From: Blepharisma stoltei ATCC 30299
Lineage: Eukaryota; Protista; Ciliophora
Assembly (NCBI GenBank): GCA_965603825.1
Contig: CBFDEM010000011.1
Span: 496,001 to 560,000, forward strand
Reading direction: 5' to 3'
Length of the DNA stretch: 64,000 nucleotides
Positions 34,786-46,040 of this stretch are shown one piece after another. Below the pieces are notes generated by a model, which made no database searches, was not told the DNA's origin, and saw only the letters and a program-made list of their open reading frames with translations. The position numbers and the translations under genes were made by a program. How positions within the stretch are numbered: the first letter of the stretch is position 1; each line of letters starts with the position of its first letter.

Positions 34786-37092
34786 TTAACAATTAGGCTT
34801 GATTCTCTTTATTCCTGAATCATCTATAGCTGGTTTCCTCTTTAATTCAACTGATTCGAAATCGACAGCTTCTAGGTCTATTTCAAACTCATATCGTTGC
34901 TCAATCCCATTTATTTTTTTGAAATGCTTGATTTCTTGACTAATTTCCGCTGGATAGTTTCCGCAGTTTTCTGGCAGATCTCTGCATAGCCGATCTAAGC
35001 TTTGCTCAGAAATAATTTCATCTGGACCGACTCCTTGCTGCTTTGAAAGTCTCTTCAAAGTCATAGTAAGTCTGCTTTTAATTTCTTCAAAGGTTTCTTT
35101 TTGCTGACATTTCCCATATTTTCTGCTTTCTTCATCTTCTTCATTATTTACTGGTATTTTGATTTCCTCAGTTTTATTTTCAATTTTTACATCATTTTTC
35201 AGCTTTTTGGCTAATTCTAAACCTTTGATTTCTACAGAAATTGCTATTTTAATTTGATTTCTCCTTAATTTAAGCACATTAGACCCGGTTTCAATATAAG
35301 CAAAAGTCCCAGTATATGCAGATGAGACGGCTTTTTCTTGGAGAACTCCTTCTAAAAGCATTTTCTTTAGAATTTTAGAAATGGTATCAGGGTTTTGCTT
35401 CTGCAGCAGCCCAAAATGTTCCATCAAGCTATGATTATTCGTTTTTTCTTTTTTCCCAAGCAGAAAGTTTGTAAGTTGTATAAGTGTGTTTATCCCATTT
35501 CTTGGTCCTTCTAGTACTTCAATAATTTTCTTTGCTTCTTCTGTGAAGTCTTTTTCTTCGCCAAATCTTTTTGCCTTACAATTATCGCACATATTATTGC
35601 AATTTTCTGCTTGGAAATCTTCCCCAAAGTAGCCAAGCAACAGAGTTCTTCTGCAGGCAAGCCGATTTTCGCAATAATCAATCATCTTTGAAAGCTCATT
35701 ATAATCTTTTTGAGTGCTTCCTTGAAAGTTAGATCCAATGAGAAATCCATGCCTACTTTTATCATTAGCCGCATAATAAAGAATGCAATCAGCTGGATTC
35801 CCGTCTCTTCCTGCTCTCCCTGTTTCTTGATAATAAGAGTCCAGTGACTTCGGAAAGGAGCAATGAATGACAAATCTGACATCTGCCTTGTCAATTCCCA
35901 TCCCAAATGCGACGGTTGCAACAATAATCTGCAGATCCCCTCTTTTCCATTTTTCGTGGATCTCAGTTTTTTGGGAAGCGTCAATATCTGAGTGGTAAGC
36001 TTCAACTTTAAATTTGTACGTCCTTTTGAGTACTTTAGCTAAATGAGAGCATTCTTCTTTAGATAAACAATAAATCAAGCCAGAAGAATTAGGGTGGTTT
36101 TCTTTAATAAAATGTGCGATTTCTTCATTAACATTTGTTCCTTTTTTGAAAACTCCGTAAAATAGGTTGTGCCGATTAAAGCTGCTAAGGAAAAGCTGAG
36201 GATTTTTCATTCCAAGCAAGGTAATTATATCTTTTCTAATCATTTCTGTCGCAGAAGCAGTCAGAGTCATAATCGGTACATTCGGATATTCACTTCTCAG
36301 ACATCCCAGCTTCAAATAATCAGCCCTGAAATCTCTTCCCCATTTACTTATACAATGCGCTTCATCAATTGCAAACCTTACTAGTCTCTTTCTCCTATAA
36401 AGATCCGCAAATAAATTATTAATCCTGTCACTTTGAGATATTTTTTCAGGAGTCACAAACAGCAATTTAATGCTTTCATCTTCTTCAATTTCTCAAAAAA
36501 TCCTGTCCTGCTCAGCAAGGGACTGCATTGAGTTGAATACTCTCGAGTTTATGCCAAGCTTCTGGAGATGGACACTTTGGTCATGAATTAAAGATATAAG
36601 CGGCATTACTACAACGGTAATTCCTTCTGATACGACTGCGGGCAGCTGAAAAGTAAGAGATTTCCCTGCACCTGTAGGCAAGCATACAAAGATGTCGTTT
36701 CCTTTTAAAGCTGACTCAATTATCTCCCGCTGAGATGGGAGGAAATTGGTATTGCTAAATATCGTCTGGTTGGCTTTATCAATGTCGAGCTTTATCTCTG
36801 ATTTCCGGCTTGGACTAACTAAGAGGGAAGGGAGCTGCTTAAGCTGAGGCTTCTTCTGAGGAGTGGCATTAAATTGTTCTGGGGGCATATCTTCTGATGA
36901 TTTTGGTTTTAGCAATAAGGAGGGAAGAGAATCATTAAGTTTGATATTTGTGGGATTCAACTCTTTACTTGCGTCTGCTCGTCTTTTAATTAATTTTGCT
37001 AAGCTTCCATCTCCTTTTTGATTGTTTCCACTATTGGATTTTGAGGGCCTGTAAAATTTTTTAAAGGCAGAATATGGAGTGCTTGGCTTCAT
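34786..37092 (-). CDS. RecQ-family DNA helicase (BLM/Sgs1-like)
   Basis: LPTGAGKSL, IDEAHCISKWGRDFR, LTASAT, ATVAFGMGIDKADVR, YYQETGRAGRDG and RQC cysteines (CRR..CNNMCDNC); joined by TGA=W at 36493. Confidence 0.95.
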
Positions 37093-37180
37093 TTTATAAT
37101 TATTATGCCCTCCAAATTGATTATAAGTTTATAAATTATTATAATAAGCCTTCAAAAAGGATTCATAATGCAAAAAATAA

Positions 37181-38182
37181 TTACAATGATACAGGAGAAT
37201 TTCCTCTTATTTCAAGCTCATATGCACTTCATTTGAGCCTTATTGATTCTGGAGAGCACTTGAATTTTGAAGATAATATACTATGAACTTTTTCAAAGTT
37301 AAAAAAATGGGTTACAAGCAGCTGCTCCAGTTCCTCAATACTCAGCTCTGAAATCGGTAATTTCTCAAACTTAACTTCAGAGTCAGAACTCTGCTCATGA
37401 TCATTTTCCTCTCCTTTTTCCTCTTCAGCCACTTCTACAGTCACATCTTCAATTTTTCTCGATCACAATTCCTCTAAACTTTTCGAGCTTTGGCTTGCCC
37501 ACCACGTCTCTGAATTCAGCCTTTCCCTTTCAGAAATAGGCCTTTCATTCAAATAATTCAAATTTTTTAACTTTACAATCAAAATCTTCCTATAATTTTC
37601 AATGCCCCTAATCCACTCGATTTCTTTTACATACAAGCAAGCCAAATTTGGCAGAGATTCAAGCACTGGTAATACATGCACGTTGTCTTCAAGCTCATTG
37701 CTGCTAATATCTAAGGTCATCAATGACGGAACATCGGCCAGTCCATACAGACTTTCTGAGCTTGTGATTTTATTATGCGAAATATGTAAATCTTCAAGTG
37801 AAACCAGCCTTTCCAAGCCCTCAATTTTGGAAATTCTGTTATAAGAGACATTAAAATTCACCAACTCAGTCAGCGAATCGAGATTTTCAAGTTTCTCTAG
37901 TTGATTATTCTGTAAATAAAGGCAGCGTAAGTTAACCAAAGCGTTTAGTCCTTCAATCTTCCGAATCCAGTTATTTTCAAGCCATAAAGCTCTTAAATTG
38001 GTGTACTCATCTAAGTTTCGAATATCAACAAACCCCTGAAAATGCAAAAAAAGTCTTTTATTTAATCTGGGGGTATCAAAAAACCCTTGCTGCTCACACA
38101 GGCTTTTAATAAACCGTACCGTAATTATCCTGCTCCCATGCTCATCTTTTTCTGGCTCTGTCATTGGCTTCAAACTTGACAT
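37181..38182 (-). CDS. LRR protein, dynein axonemal assembly factor 1 (ODA7/LRRC50)-like
   Basis: FFDTPRLNKRLFLHFQGF..I.NLDEYTNLRALWLENN, SDS22-type LRRs and NYRK.LI..L.NL.YL..RPI; extended through TGA=W at 37463 and 37229 to TAA at 37181. Confidence 0.8.
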
Positions 38183-38221
38183 TTTGCTATTAAAATTTTC
38201 ACATCTATAATCTCAATATAA

Positions 38222-38896
38222 ATGGCAAGACAAGTGCAAAGAATTCGAACAGCTCTGGATGGCACCGATAACTGGGACCAAAGGATCTGCAAAATGTTTT
38301 TCTCAGGAAACTGCGAAGCTGGATCATCTTGCCCTCTGAAGCACACATTCCCGATCCGTGAAGTAGTTTGCAGGTATCTTCTCATGAGCAATACATGCTC
38401 TAAAGGCTCACTCTGTCCTTTTCTCCACGAAATAATTGAAGACAAGATCCCTGAGTGCAGAAAATTTATGTCTGAAGGTGCCTGCAACATCCCAACCTGC
38501 AAATTCAAGCACAGTTCTGATAAGAGAGAACAAAAGGAATGCACATGATATAACATGGGCTTCTGTGAAAATGGAAAAAAGTGCAAATACAAGCATGCGA
38601 AAAAAGAACTGTGTATTCCGTTTATAGAAACTGGAAAATGCACCTTAGGGGAGACTTGTCCAAAAGCGCATATTGAAAGTGTAGACGAGGCGTTTCTAGA
38701 GGAAGCTTATTACAAATTTCATCCTAATGCAGCAGTGGTGAGCTATTCCCAGTTTTTTGAGTACTGTTTCCGATGCAATTGTTTTGGACACTTGCCAGTT
38801 CAGTGTCCGTCCCCTGATGATTCGAAAACAAAAGATATCAGATGCTTCCGCTGTTGTGCGTTTGGGCATAAGTCGAACAACTGTTTATACTCATAA
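38222..38896 (+). CDS. CPSF30/Yth1-like protein (5 CCCH fingers + CCHC zinc knuckles)
   Basis: VVCRYLL..TCSKG..CPFLHE, KIPEC, KECT-W(TGA 38546)-YNMGFC and two CFRC..FGH....C knuckles. Confidence 0.85.
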
Positions 38897-39012
38897 TTCT
38901 GATGTCTCAATGATTGGATATGCGGCTTTGCATGATTTTTATATAAATTGGTTATATTAAACAGATAAATTACATAATAAGATAAAACTCCTATTATTAT
39001 AAATAGGAAAAA

Positions 39013-39582
39013 TTATGAGAATGATTTTAAGTACTGATATACATTGGAACAGTTGTACTGGAGCGCTAAATCTAGTGCTCTTTTGTTGGATTTATTTATC
39101 AATTTCGGATCCGCTCCTCTGGCAATCAAAGCTTTGACAGCTTCCAGCTTCCCATTCAGAGCAGCTACCATCAAAGGCGTTCAGTCCTCGCTTTCTTCTC
39201 TTACATCTATTGAAGCACCCAGGTCAAGAATAAGCTGCAAAAGGGCCAAGTCGCCTGTTTGTGCTGCAACATGTAAAAGAGTCCATCCTGATTCGTTTAG
39301 AGTATGGTCAATAGGAAATCCAGAGTTAATAAACTCAAGGACAGCGTCAGGGTTTCCCATGTAAGCAGCGATCAGCACCTTATTTCTTGATATTCCAGCT
39401 GAAGTGGAGTCTATTGATGTCCGACAAGAATTCGCACTGTCATTTCTCCCTTTCGAGCCAAAACTGGTGCTTCGTCACTGTGAAAGACCATTTTCTCTTA
39501 CGTTTTCGTTTTGGCCTGATGTGGAGAATCTGGATGAAGTTCTGGGGGATGAATCTTGGTCTTTTGAGCACGCTTTTCCCAT
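39013..39582 (-). CDS. Ankyrin-repeat protein with N-terminal MGKACS acylation-like motif
   Basis: GWTLLHVAAQTG, D-W(TGA 39181)-TPLMVAALNG, GADP and ALDLA. Confidence 0.85.
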
Positions 39583-39794
39583 AATTGATTAATGTTAAGC
39601 AGCCATATAAGAAATAAATAAAATATTTTTTAATTTAAACTGCTTAGCCTGAATGAGTATTCCAAGTTTATTAGATTAGATAGCAAATTAAAAATATAGT
39701 CTCAAAATATTATAATAATGAATAGCCCGGTGTATAGAACTTATCATAATTAGCACGGAGCTCCTATTGCAAAGAAAATAACGAACTGTCAAGG

Positions 39795-39947
39795 CACAGA
39801 CTGCAAATATGAAAAGAATTTGCCTCAGATATTAATAGGCACTTAAAGATGCAAAATGCATATATAAAAATAGCTTGCCTCAGATATTAATACATACTTA
39901 AAGTTGCAGACTGAAAATATCAAAAGAGTTTGCATCAGATATAAATT
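39795..39947. repeat. Degenerate 55-bp tandem repeat, about 2.7 copies
   Basis: The core TGCCTCAGATAT(T)AAT starts at 39821, 39876 and 39931. Confidence 0.8.
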
Positions 39948-40989
39948 TGAGGTCATCGCTTAGCTTCAGCCAATTTTTTATTTATCTTGATTAATTAAGC
40001 ACAATATTTTAATAGACTATATGGCTTCCTATATTATTAAACCAATAACAAAATTAGAGTTATATTATATATTTGTGGATTTATAGTATAGATAATTCAT
40101 TTAAGAATTTTGGGTAACACTTCCTATGTAAATTTGCATTCGCAACGATAAATAAACTTTCAAAGAATGTCTGCCTCAACTTATTCTGAAACCATAAATC
40201 AGTAAATTGGCATTTTAAACTATAGCTTAATGATAAAATCTTAAAACATCCTGAAAATTCTTGCCATTTATCCCATAAAATTAAATTCAGTCTTATTAGT
40301 GATTTTCTACTTTCCCAACCAAATTATCATTTAGCATTTAAACTTAAGTCTGCTGAGCTAATTTTTATATCGAAAATTCTCTCCATTCTCCAGGAGCGAC
40401 TTAAATTCATCGAAAATTCATTGTAGCTCTCATCTCTAAATTTAACATTAATGATATCCGCCATTCTTTATATTATATTTAATCTTAATAAATTTAATTT
40501 AGTTTATTTACTTAATTAAAGTTTAAACATTAAGACTTTAAATTTTAAAAGTTTCTTTCATACATGAGACTGATGTATTTTGCGATTTAGTCAAAAAAAA
40601 ATGTAGAAGATTCCATAATTTTTATTATGAATTTTATAACAAATTTAATCCAATAATATAGATGCTTCATTACGTCTTTCTGAATTATAAAATAAAACCT
40701 ATAAATCAGCAATTTAAGAAGAAAGTTATCTTTCAAGCTCAAACTTGGAGCAATTCGAAAAAGACCAAATCTAATCAAAAATTTTATAAACATATCTGCA
40801 ATATCGCTGATTGACTATCCTTTTAAATTTTAACCTAAACAAATTTATATTGATTATATAGTGAATAATGATGACTGGCCCATACGGGCACGATTTTAGC
40901 TAATCCCCAAGATGCGTATCTCTCAAGAATATTTTTGATATATGATTCTATATTCAAGCTCGATTTCGCTCTATCGACTGAGAGTTTTA

Positions 40990-41966
40990 GTTGAATAAGC
41001 AAATTTCTTTCAATTTGATTCTAAATATTGATTTAATATTTTTTATGACTCTTTTAACAATAGGGAATTGTGGTGATTCGGCTGCACCAAGAATTATTTT
41101 GCTATAAAATTCATGATTTTCATATTGCGAATGAACTCTTTAGTTATCTAGAAAAAATTATGTTTTGTTTCTAATATTACTATCTGAAGACTCAAGATTA
41201 TTTATGAAACTGAAAAGAAAGTGGTTGAAGGTTTTACTGTTATTTTTGGATCTAATTACTCTCCATGCCATGATTCCTCTGACATGCGATACAGCGAGAA
41301 TCACAGTAAGACTTCATGTTGAAACCTTAGCTAATTTAACTCGCTATAACGCACTCTTTGTCTTTTTCGATCAGCCATAAATTCGGCTAATATCCTGAAT
41401 GTGAAACTCGTCAATATTAATAATGTCTACGCCGGCATCAAATAACACAAGAAATATGCAAAAAAGCTTTTTTTATTTGTATTTTCAATAGAACTCCTTT
41501 GAATAGGCTGATATTTGAATTTTTTATAGCTAATTTTTTAATTTTCGAAATACATAATACACATTGTGTTTAGCTATTATTGGGCCACCTCTGTTTTTGT
41601 GGTTATTTAAAATATCAGCAATTTCTGCTCATGTTAATGTGCATCATGACTTTGAACCAGATGCACTATTTTCTGGCATTGCTAAGAGCTTATTTTTAAT
41701 TTATGACCTCTTTTATCTTTGAGATTTTCAAGATTGTTTCTATTCATGAAAACTTTAGCTTCTTGACTGTTTCTTACTCAAAACAACTTAGAGATAAAGG
41801 TATTGTGTAGATGACGAGTTATGTAGTCTAAAATTCTTAATTTATCATCGTATTTGATTTTACAACGCTTTATGCTTCGCTTGATCTTAAAATTTTGTGC
41901 GTCAGGTGTTGAAGACTCTTCAAGAGTATTAGTTTTTAATAGGTGAGACCTTGGGAGAGCTGGCAA
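40990..41966 (-). mobile_element. Decayed IS630/Tc1-mariner (DDE_3-type) transposase
   Basis: With frameshifts and stops it reads KIKYDDKLRILDY...TLTWAEIADIL...VFRKLK/ISYKK..QPIQRS...IINIDEFHI..IYGWSK...LTVILAVS..GIMAW...F*FLDN*RVH...SPQF-PIV. Confidence 0.75.
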
Positions 41967-43097
41967 TAAAACAAAATAGATTCATGTTTCCTTTTGAATA
42001 TGCAGTGATTTTTGTTTTCACTTGGTAAAGGAAACATATGCCCATATAATTTGCATCAAGATTAAGATGCTCTTATCTGGCAAAGGTCAACTTCATACTC
42101 TTGCAAGTGTGGGCTATTCTGAGATGCTTTGCAGCATCTCTGAGTAATTAATATTTAGGAGATTAGGAAAGGCGTATCTAAAAATTATCGTTTATAATTA
42201 TGAACCCTCAAACGACTTGTTTTCCAAAGGTACAAATGTCAGCTGTGCATCAAATTCAATTGAATCTTCTGGAGCAGCCATCCAAATTCCCAGTTTCTGC
42301 TGTGATTTGGATGGGCTAAAATGGGTGCCCTTATGAGCGCAGATAGTGCAAGTCACTATTGGTCTTCTCAGCCACTCTGTAGAGTTTACAGAACTTATAG
42401 GAGTTTAATGACTTTAACTTGCAAGCGATTAAGAATATAACTATAGCGATGCTATTTGCTTGTGCAAAACTTGCTTCAGCTTTTTATAAATAGAGAGTTA
42501 AAGAGTTCGAACTAAAATAATTGAGCATTTTAAATTTAGGTACATTAAGAAACTAAATTAGGCTACAACAAACTTAAAGTAATCACCCAAGATCCTCTTT
42601 CCTAAAATATTTTAATTTACTTATCTCCAAAGAATATCTAAAACGTACACCGGCGACAGATTTATGTATTTTGAAAAAATATAAATACCACTTTATAAGA
42701 TGATTATCGAATGCCTCAATTATATAAAAATGACCTTTTATTGCTTTATTTATAACTTTGCATTTGCCGATCTAAATTTTCTTTTCATAAAAAAGCCAAA
42801 ATAACAAAAATCTCCTCATTGTGCTGCAATATGCAATACACATCCTGACTTCTAAATTTAGTCAATCAAGAACTTTGAATAATAAATCCAAGATTTTATT
42901 AGAATTATGTCTTTTTCTTTGGATTTAATTTTTCCTATAATTGATTATACTAAAAGGAGATAAGGATTTTTTCTACTTTTCATTCAGGAATTATGTCGTT
43001 TTAAATTAAATAGTGCATGAAATTGCTATTGATTTATTAAAAATGTAAATTTAAAACAAGTTCACTTTTCAAAAATTAAATTATAGCTCTAATATAA

Positions 43098-43706
43098 TTA
43101 TTCCAGTAGTATCTTTAAAGAAGACCTTAGCACAGATTTCGACTGCCGGGCTTGGTTTAAGTCTTGGCTTGCTTTGCTTTGAGAAGGCTGCAGTCTATTT
43201 ATATACAATTTTCTTCTTTCTTCCTTTTCCTTATATGCTTTTCAAACTTCAGTACCTGTAGATGGCCCTAAGCTTCCAAGCATATAATATCCCTCCGGTT
43301 TTATATTTGTATAGTCTTTTAAAGTATATGGGGTAAAAGTCCCTGTTTTTCCTTGTTTAATTAGTTCCTTATATGAAACCTGAACTATTTTACTTCTTAA
43401 GGGAGTTAAATTAATAGCTCTCCTTGAAACCTCCATTGGACTCTCAGCATAGGAGGGGCCGAAAGCATCTGAATCGCATGGAATTGCTAATTGCGATTTT
43501 ACAGCACAAGGCTTTGAAAGATCTGCATATGATCCTGACCCACCGTTTAAGGTGTGCAAGGCCTGTTTCGATGCTGAACTAAAAATCGGCGACTGCTGGA
43601 TAGGAGATTTCAATATGCTGCTTGACGGCGAAATTTGCATTTCCCCATACTTTCCCAATACTTGTGATCTATTCTTGAATCTCTCATTGAATTGAGATGA
43701 CGCCAT
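43098..43706 (-). CDS. Jhy-like ciliary protein
   Basis: FTPYTLKDYTNIK..YYMLGSLGP motif; extended through TGA=W at 43242. The 3' end is uncertain. Confidence 0.55.
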
Positions 43707-43820
43707 TTAGAAAATATAAACAGAAAAAAAAGATTTTAAGAGTTTTGAATTTTGAAAAATTCCATTTCCACTTGCTAATATCTTTATTAATGACTGCAGT
43801 TATATGTGATTTTCATAAAT

Positions 43821-44993
43821 ATGAGTGGAGTACATAAAGATTACATTCAAAACGTGCTCAATCCTGTTCTCCAAGACATGGTCTCAGCCCTTCTTATATC
43901 CAAGCCTGATGACCCCATTCCTTTTATGGTCGACTGGATGAAGCAACGGCTCAATGTCCAAGATCGGCCATCTGAAAAAGAAGAGCTGAGGATCCTTAGA
44001 CAAGAGGTCGCAAGGCTCAAGGCAAATAAAAACGCTGGCTCAGAAGAAGAACAGAGCGACGAATCTGAAGGAGAATTTGAAGAGGAAGACCTTCAAGCTA
44101 AGCGAGAGAAAAAATCTCATCGGGCTGCTGTTTCTGCTGAAGCTTATGGGGACTGGAACAAAAAAGAAGACTTCCGCCCCAGAGTTATCCCCAAAAGTCA
44201 AGACCAAAAGGAAAGAATTGCAGAAAGGCTCAGCAAGGCGTTCATGTTTAGCGCTCTTGATGAACATGAGAAAGAAATCGTGATTAATGCCATGGAAGAG
44301 AGGATTATTGGGAGAGGACAGACTGTTATCAGACAAGGCGATGATGGTGCTGAGCTATTTGTGGTGGATTCAGGGACTTTGCAGTGCTTTAAAGTCATTA
44401 ATGGGCAAAACAAGTATTTAAAGGACTATAACCCTGGGGAAGCTTTTGGAGAACTAGCTATGCTTTATAATGCGCCAAGGGCGGCTACCATTACAGCTTC
44501 GTCTGACTGTGCTTTATGGTCTTTAGATAGAGAATGCTTTAACCACATCGTAAAAGGCTCAGCAATCAGAAAAAGAGAAAGATATGACCAGTTCTTGTCA
44601 AAAGTAAAACTTTTAGAAAGCATGGACCCATATGAGAGATCTCAACTCTCAGATGCTTTTGCTAATGTTGTATTTAATGATGGGGAGTATGTAATCAGAG
44701 AAGGGGAAGAAGGAAACGAGTTTTTCATTATTGAAGAAGGTACTGCTGTTGCTACTAAAACAATTCATCAAGGACATCCTCCAGAAGAGGTGCTAAGATA
44801 TTCAGCTGGAGATTACTTTGGAGAACTTGCTCTTATTAAGAATGAACCAAGAGCTGCAAATGTTATTGCGACCTCTCGCTTGAAGTGTGTCAGTCTGGAT
44901 AGGCACTCGTTTAAGAGATTGCTGGGGCCAGTGGAAGACATTTTGAAGAGAAACGCAAGAAATTATGAAGAAATCATTGCAAAGAAAAAATAA
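43821..44993 (+). CDS. cAMP-dependent protein kinase regulatory subunit
   Basis: N-terminal docking helix (KPDDPIPFM), RAAVSAE pseudosubstrate, and two cNMP domains FGELAMLYNAPRAAT and FGELALIKNEPRAAN. Confidence 0.95.
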   Translation: MSGVHKDYIQNVLNPVLQDMVSALLISKPDDPIPFMVDWMKQRLNVQDRPSEKEELRILRQEVARLKANKNAGSEEEQSDESEGEFEEEDLQAKREKKSHRAAVSAEAYGDWNKKEDFRPRVIPKSQDQKERIAERLSKAFMFSALDEHEKEIVINAMEERIIGRGQTVIRQGDDGAELFVVDSGTLQCFKVINGQNKYLKDYNPGEAFGELAMLYNAPRAATITASSDCALWSLDRECFNHIVKGSAIRKRERYDQFLSKVKLLESMDPYERSQLSDAFANVVFNDGEYVIREGEEGNEFFIIEEGTAVATKTIHQGHPPEEVLRYSAGDYFGELALIKNEPRAANVIATSRLKCVSLDRHSFKRLLGPVEDILKRNARNYEEIIAKKK

Positions 44994-45287
44994 GTATGAT
45001 ATAAATGATTTAAATAAACAATATTAGGATAAATTAAAGACAAGCAGAGAGTTTATGTATTGCTATTAATAAATTTGTAATAAAGAGGCAGTTATTCAGG
45101 ATATATTTTAAATAACTTAATTTAGTTTTTTTGCAATGAGGCTGGATTTCATTCAAGAAATTAATTAAAATTATTAAATTAAAATTTGTGTTCCCCATTT
45201 TAATTTTATTTCCTTTATATAAGCTTAGTCGTCCCCAATTTGTGCAGGACAATTTCGGGGGCTAAAAAGTCGTTAATTTTTTTTTCA

Positions 45288-46040
45288 ATGTTCAGTTGCA
45301 TGAATTTTCAAGCATTCGACGAAGAATTCTCAGAACTCACAATTGAAGACGAAATCCCAGAAGAAAGCTCTACACAGCCTTTTTGCTCTCACATCTAGCA
45401 TCACCAACTTAAAGAAAAAACAAACCTCAAAAGACTTGCAAGCTTAGAAGTAAGCTCCATAGAATCTGAGCTTGAAGCCAAAGAGAAATCATCAAAGCTC
45501 AAGAAGAAAAAACCAGAAGCCAAGAAATTGCAATTTCAAATTCAAGCATCAATTCCAAGAAAAATATAAAAGCTCTGAAGATCTGGAGGCAGAAAATTTC
45601 ATGCTCAATCATAAATTCCAAAACTCCATCAAGCATTACAAGAGCTCTAGAAAAAAATAGAAAATTACGAAAACTCACAAAAGGAACCTACTTCTTTTAC
45701 CATTAGTCAGCTTTCTTGCATTATGCTTTCTAAAAATGACCTCTCAAATCACCTGTCTTCTAAAAGAAAATTGAAGAGACTCTTTCTTTAGGCTCAAAGA
45801 CCTTAAAGAACAGAATCAAAAGGCTCCAGAGATAGTTCAAATTGAAATCTTTGAATGCAAAATTCTGAAAAAAAGCTCATTTCTGGAGATAAAGGCTTCC
45901 TTAGTATGCTTAAGTTAGTGGAGATTGGAGAAGATGATGCAGCGGAGAGTGTATTAAGAAACTCATATCCTCAGAGCACGAGCTCAAGAAAAAAGAAAAA
46001 GGCTTCATGTATAAAGATGACTTCAGCCAAGCTGTAAATA
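45288..46040 (+). pseudogene. Possible decayed coiled-coil gene
   Basis: ATG 45288 begins an E/K-rich, coding-like frame that is interrupted by TAG/TAA and frameshifts. Confidence 0.35.

Noticed and set aside
42640-42670. TACACCGGCGACAG as a possible Tc1-type terminal inverted repeat
   Set aside because: No matching inverted copy was found on the other side of the transposase relic.
7-44993. Arrestin, 7TM-RGS, VFT receptor and PKA-R as a signalling gene cluster
   Set aside because: They are scattered among unrelated genes, and such families are abundant in ciliates, so co-occurrence is likely chance.
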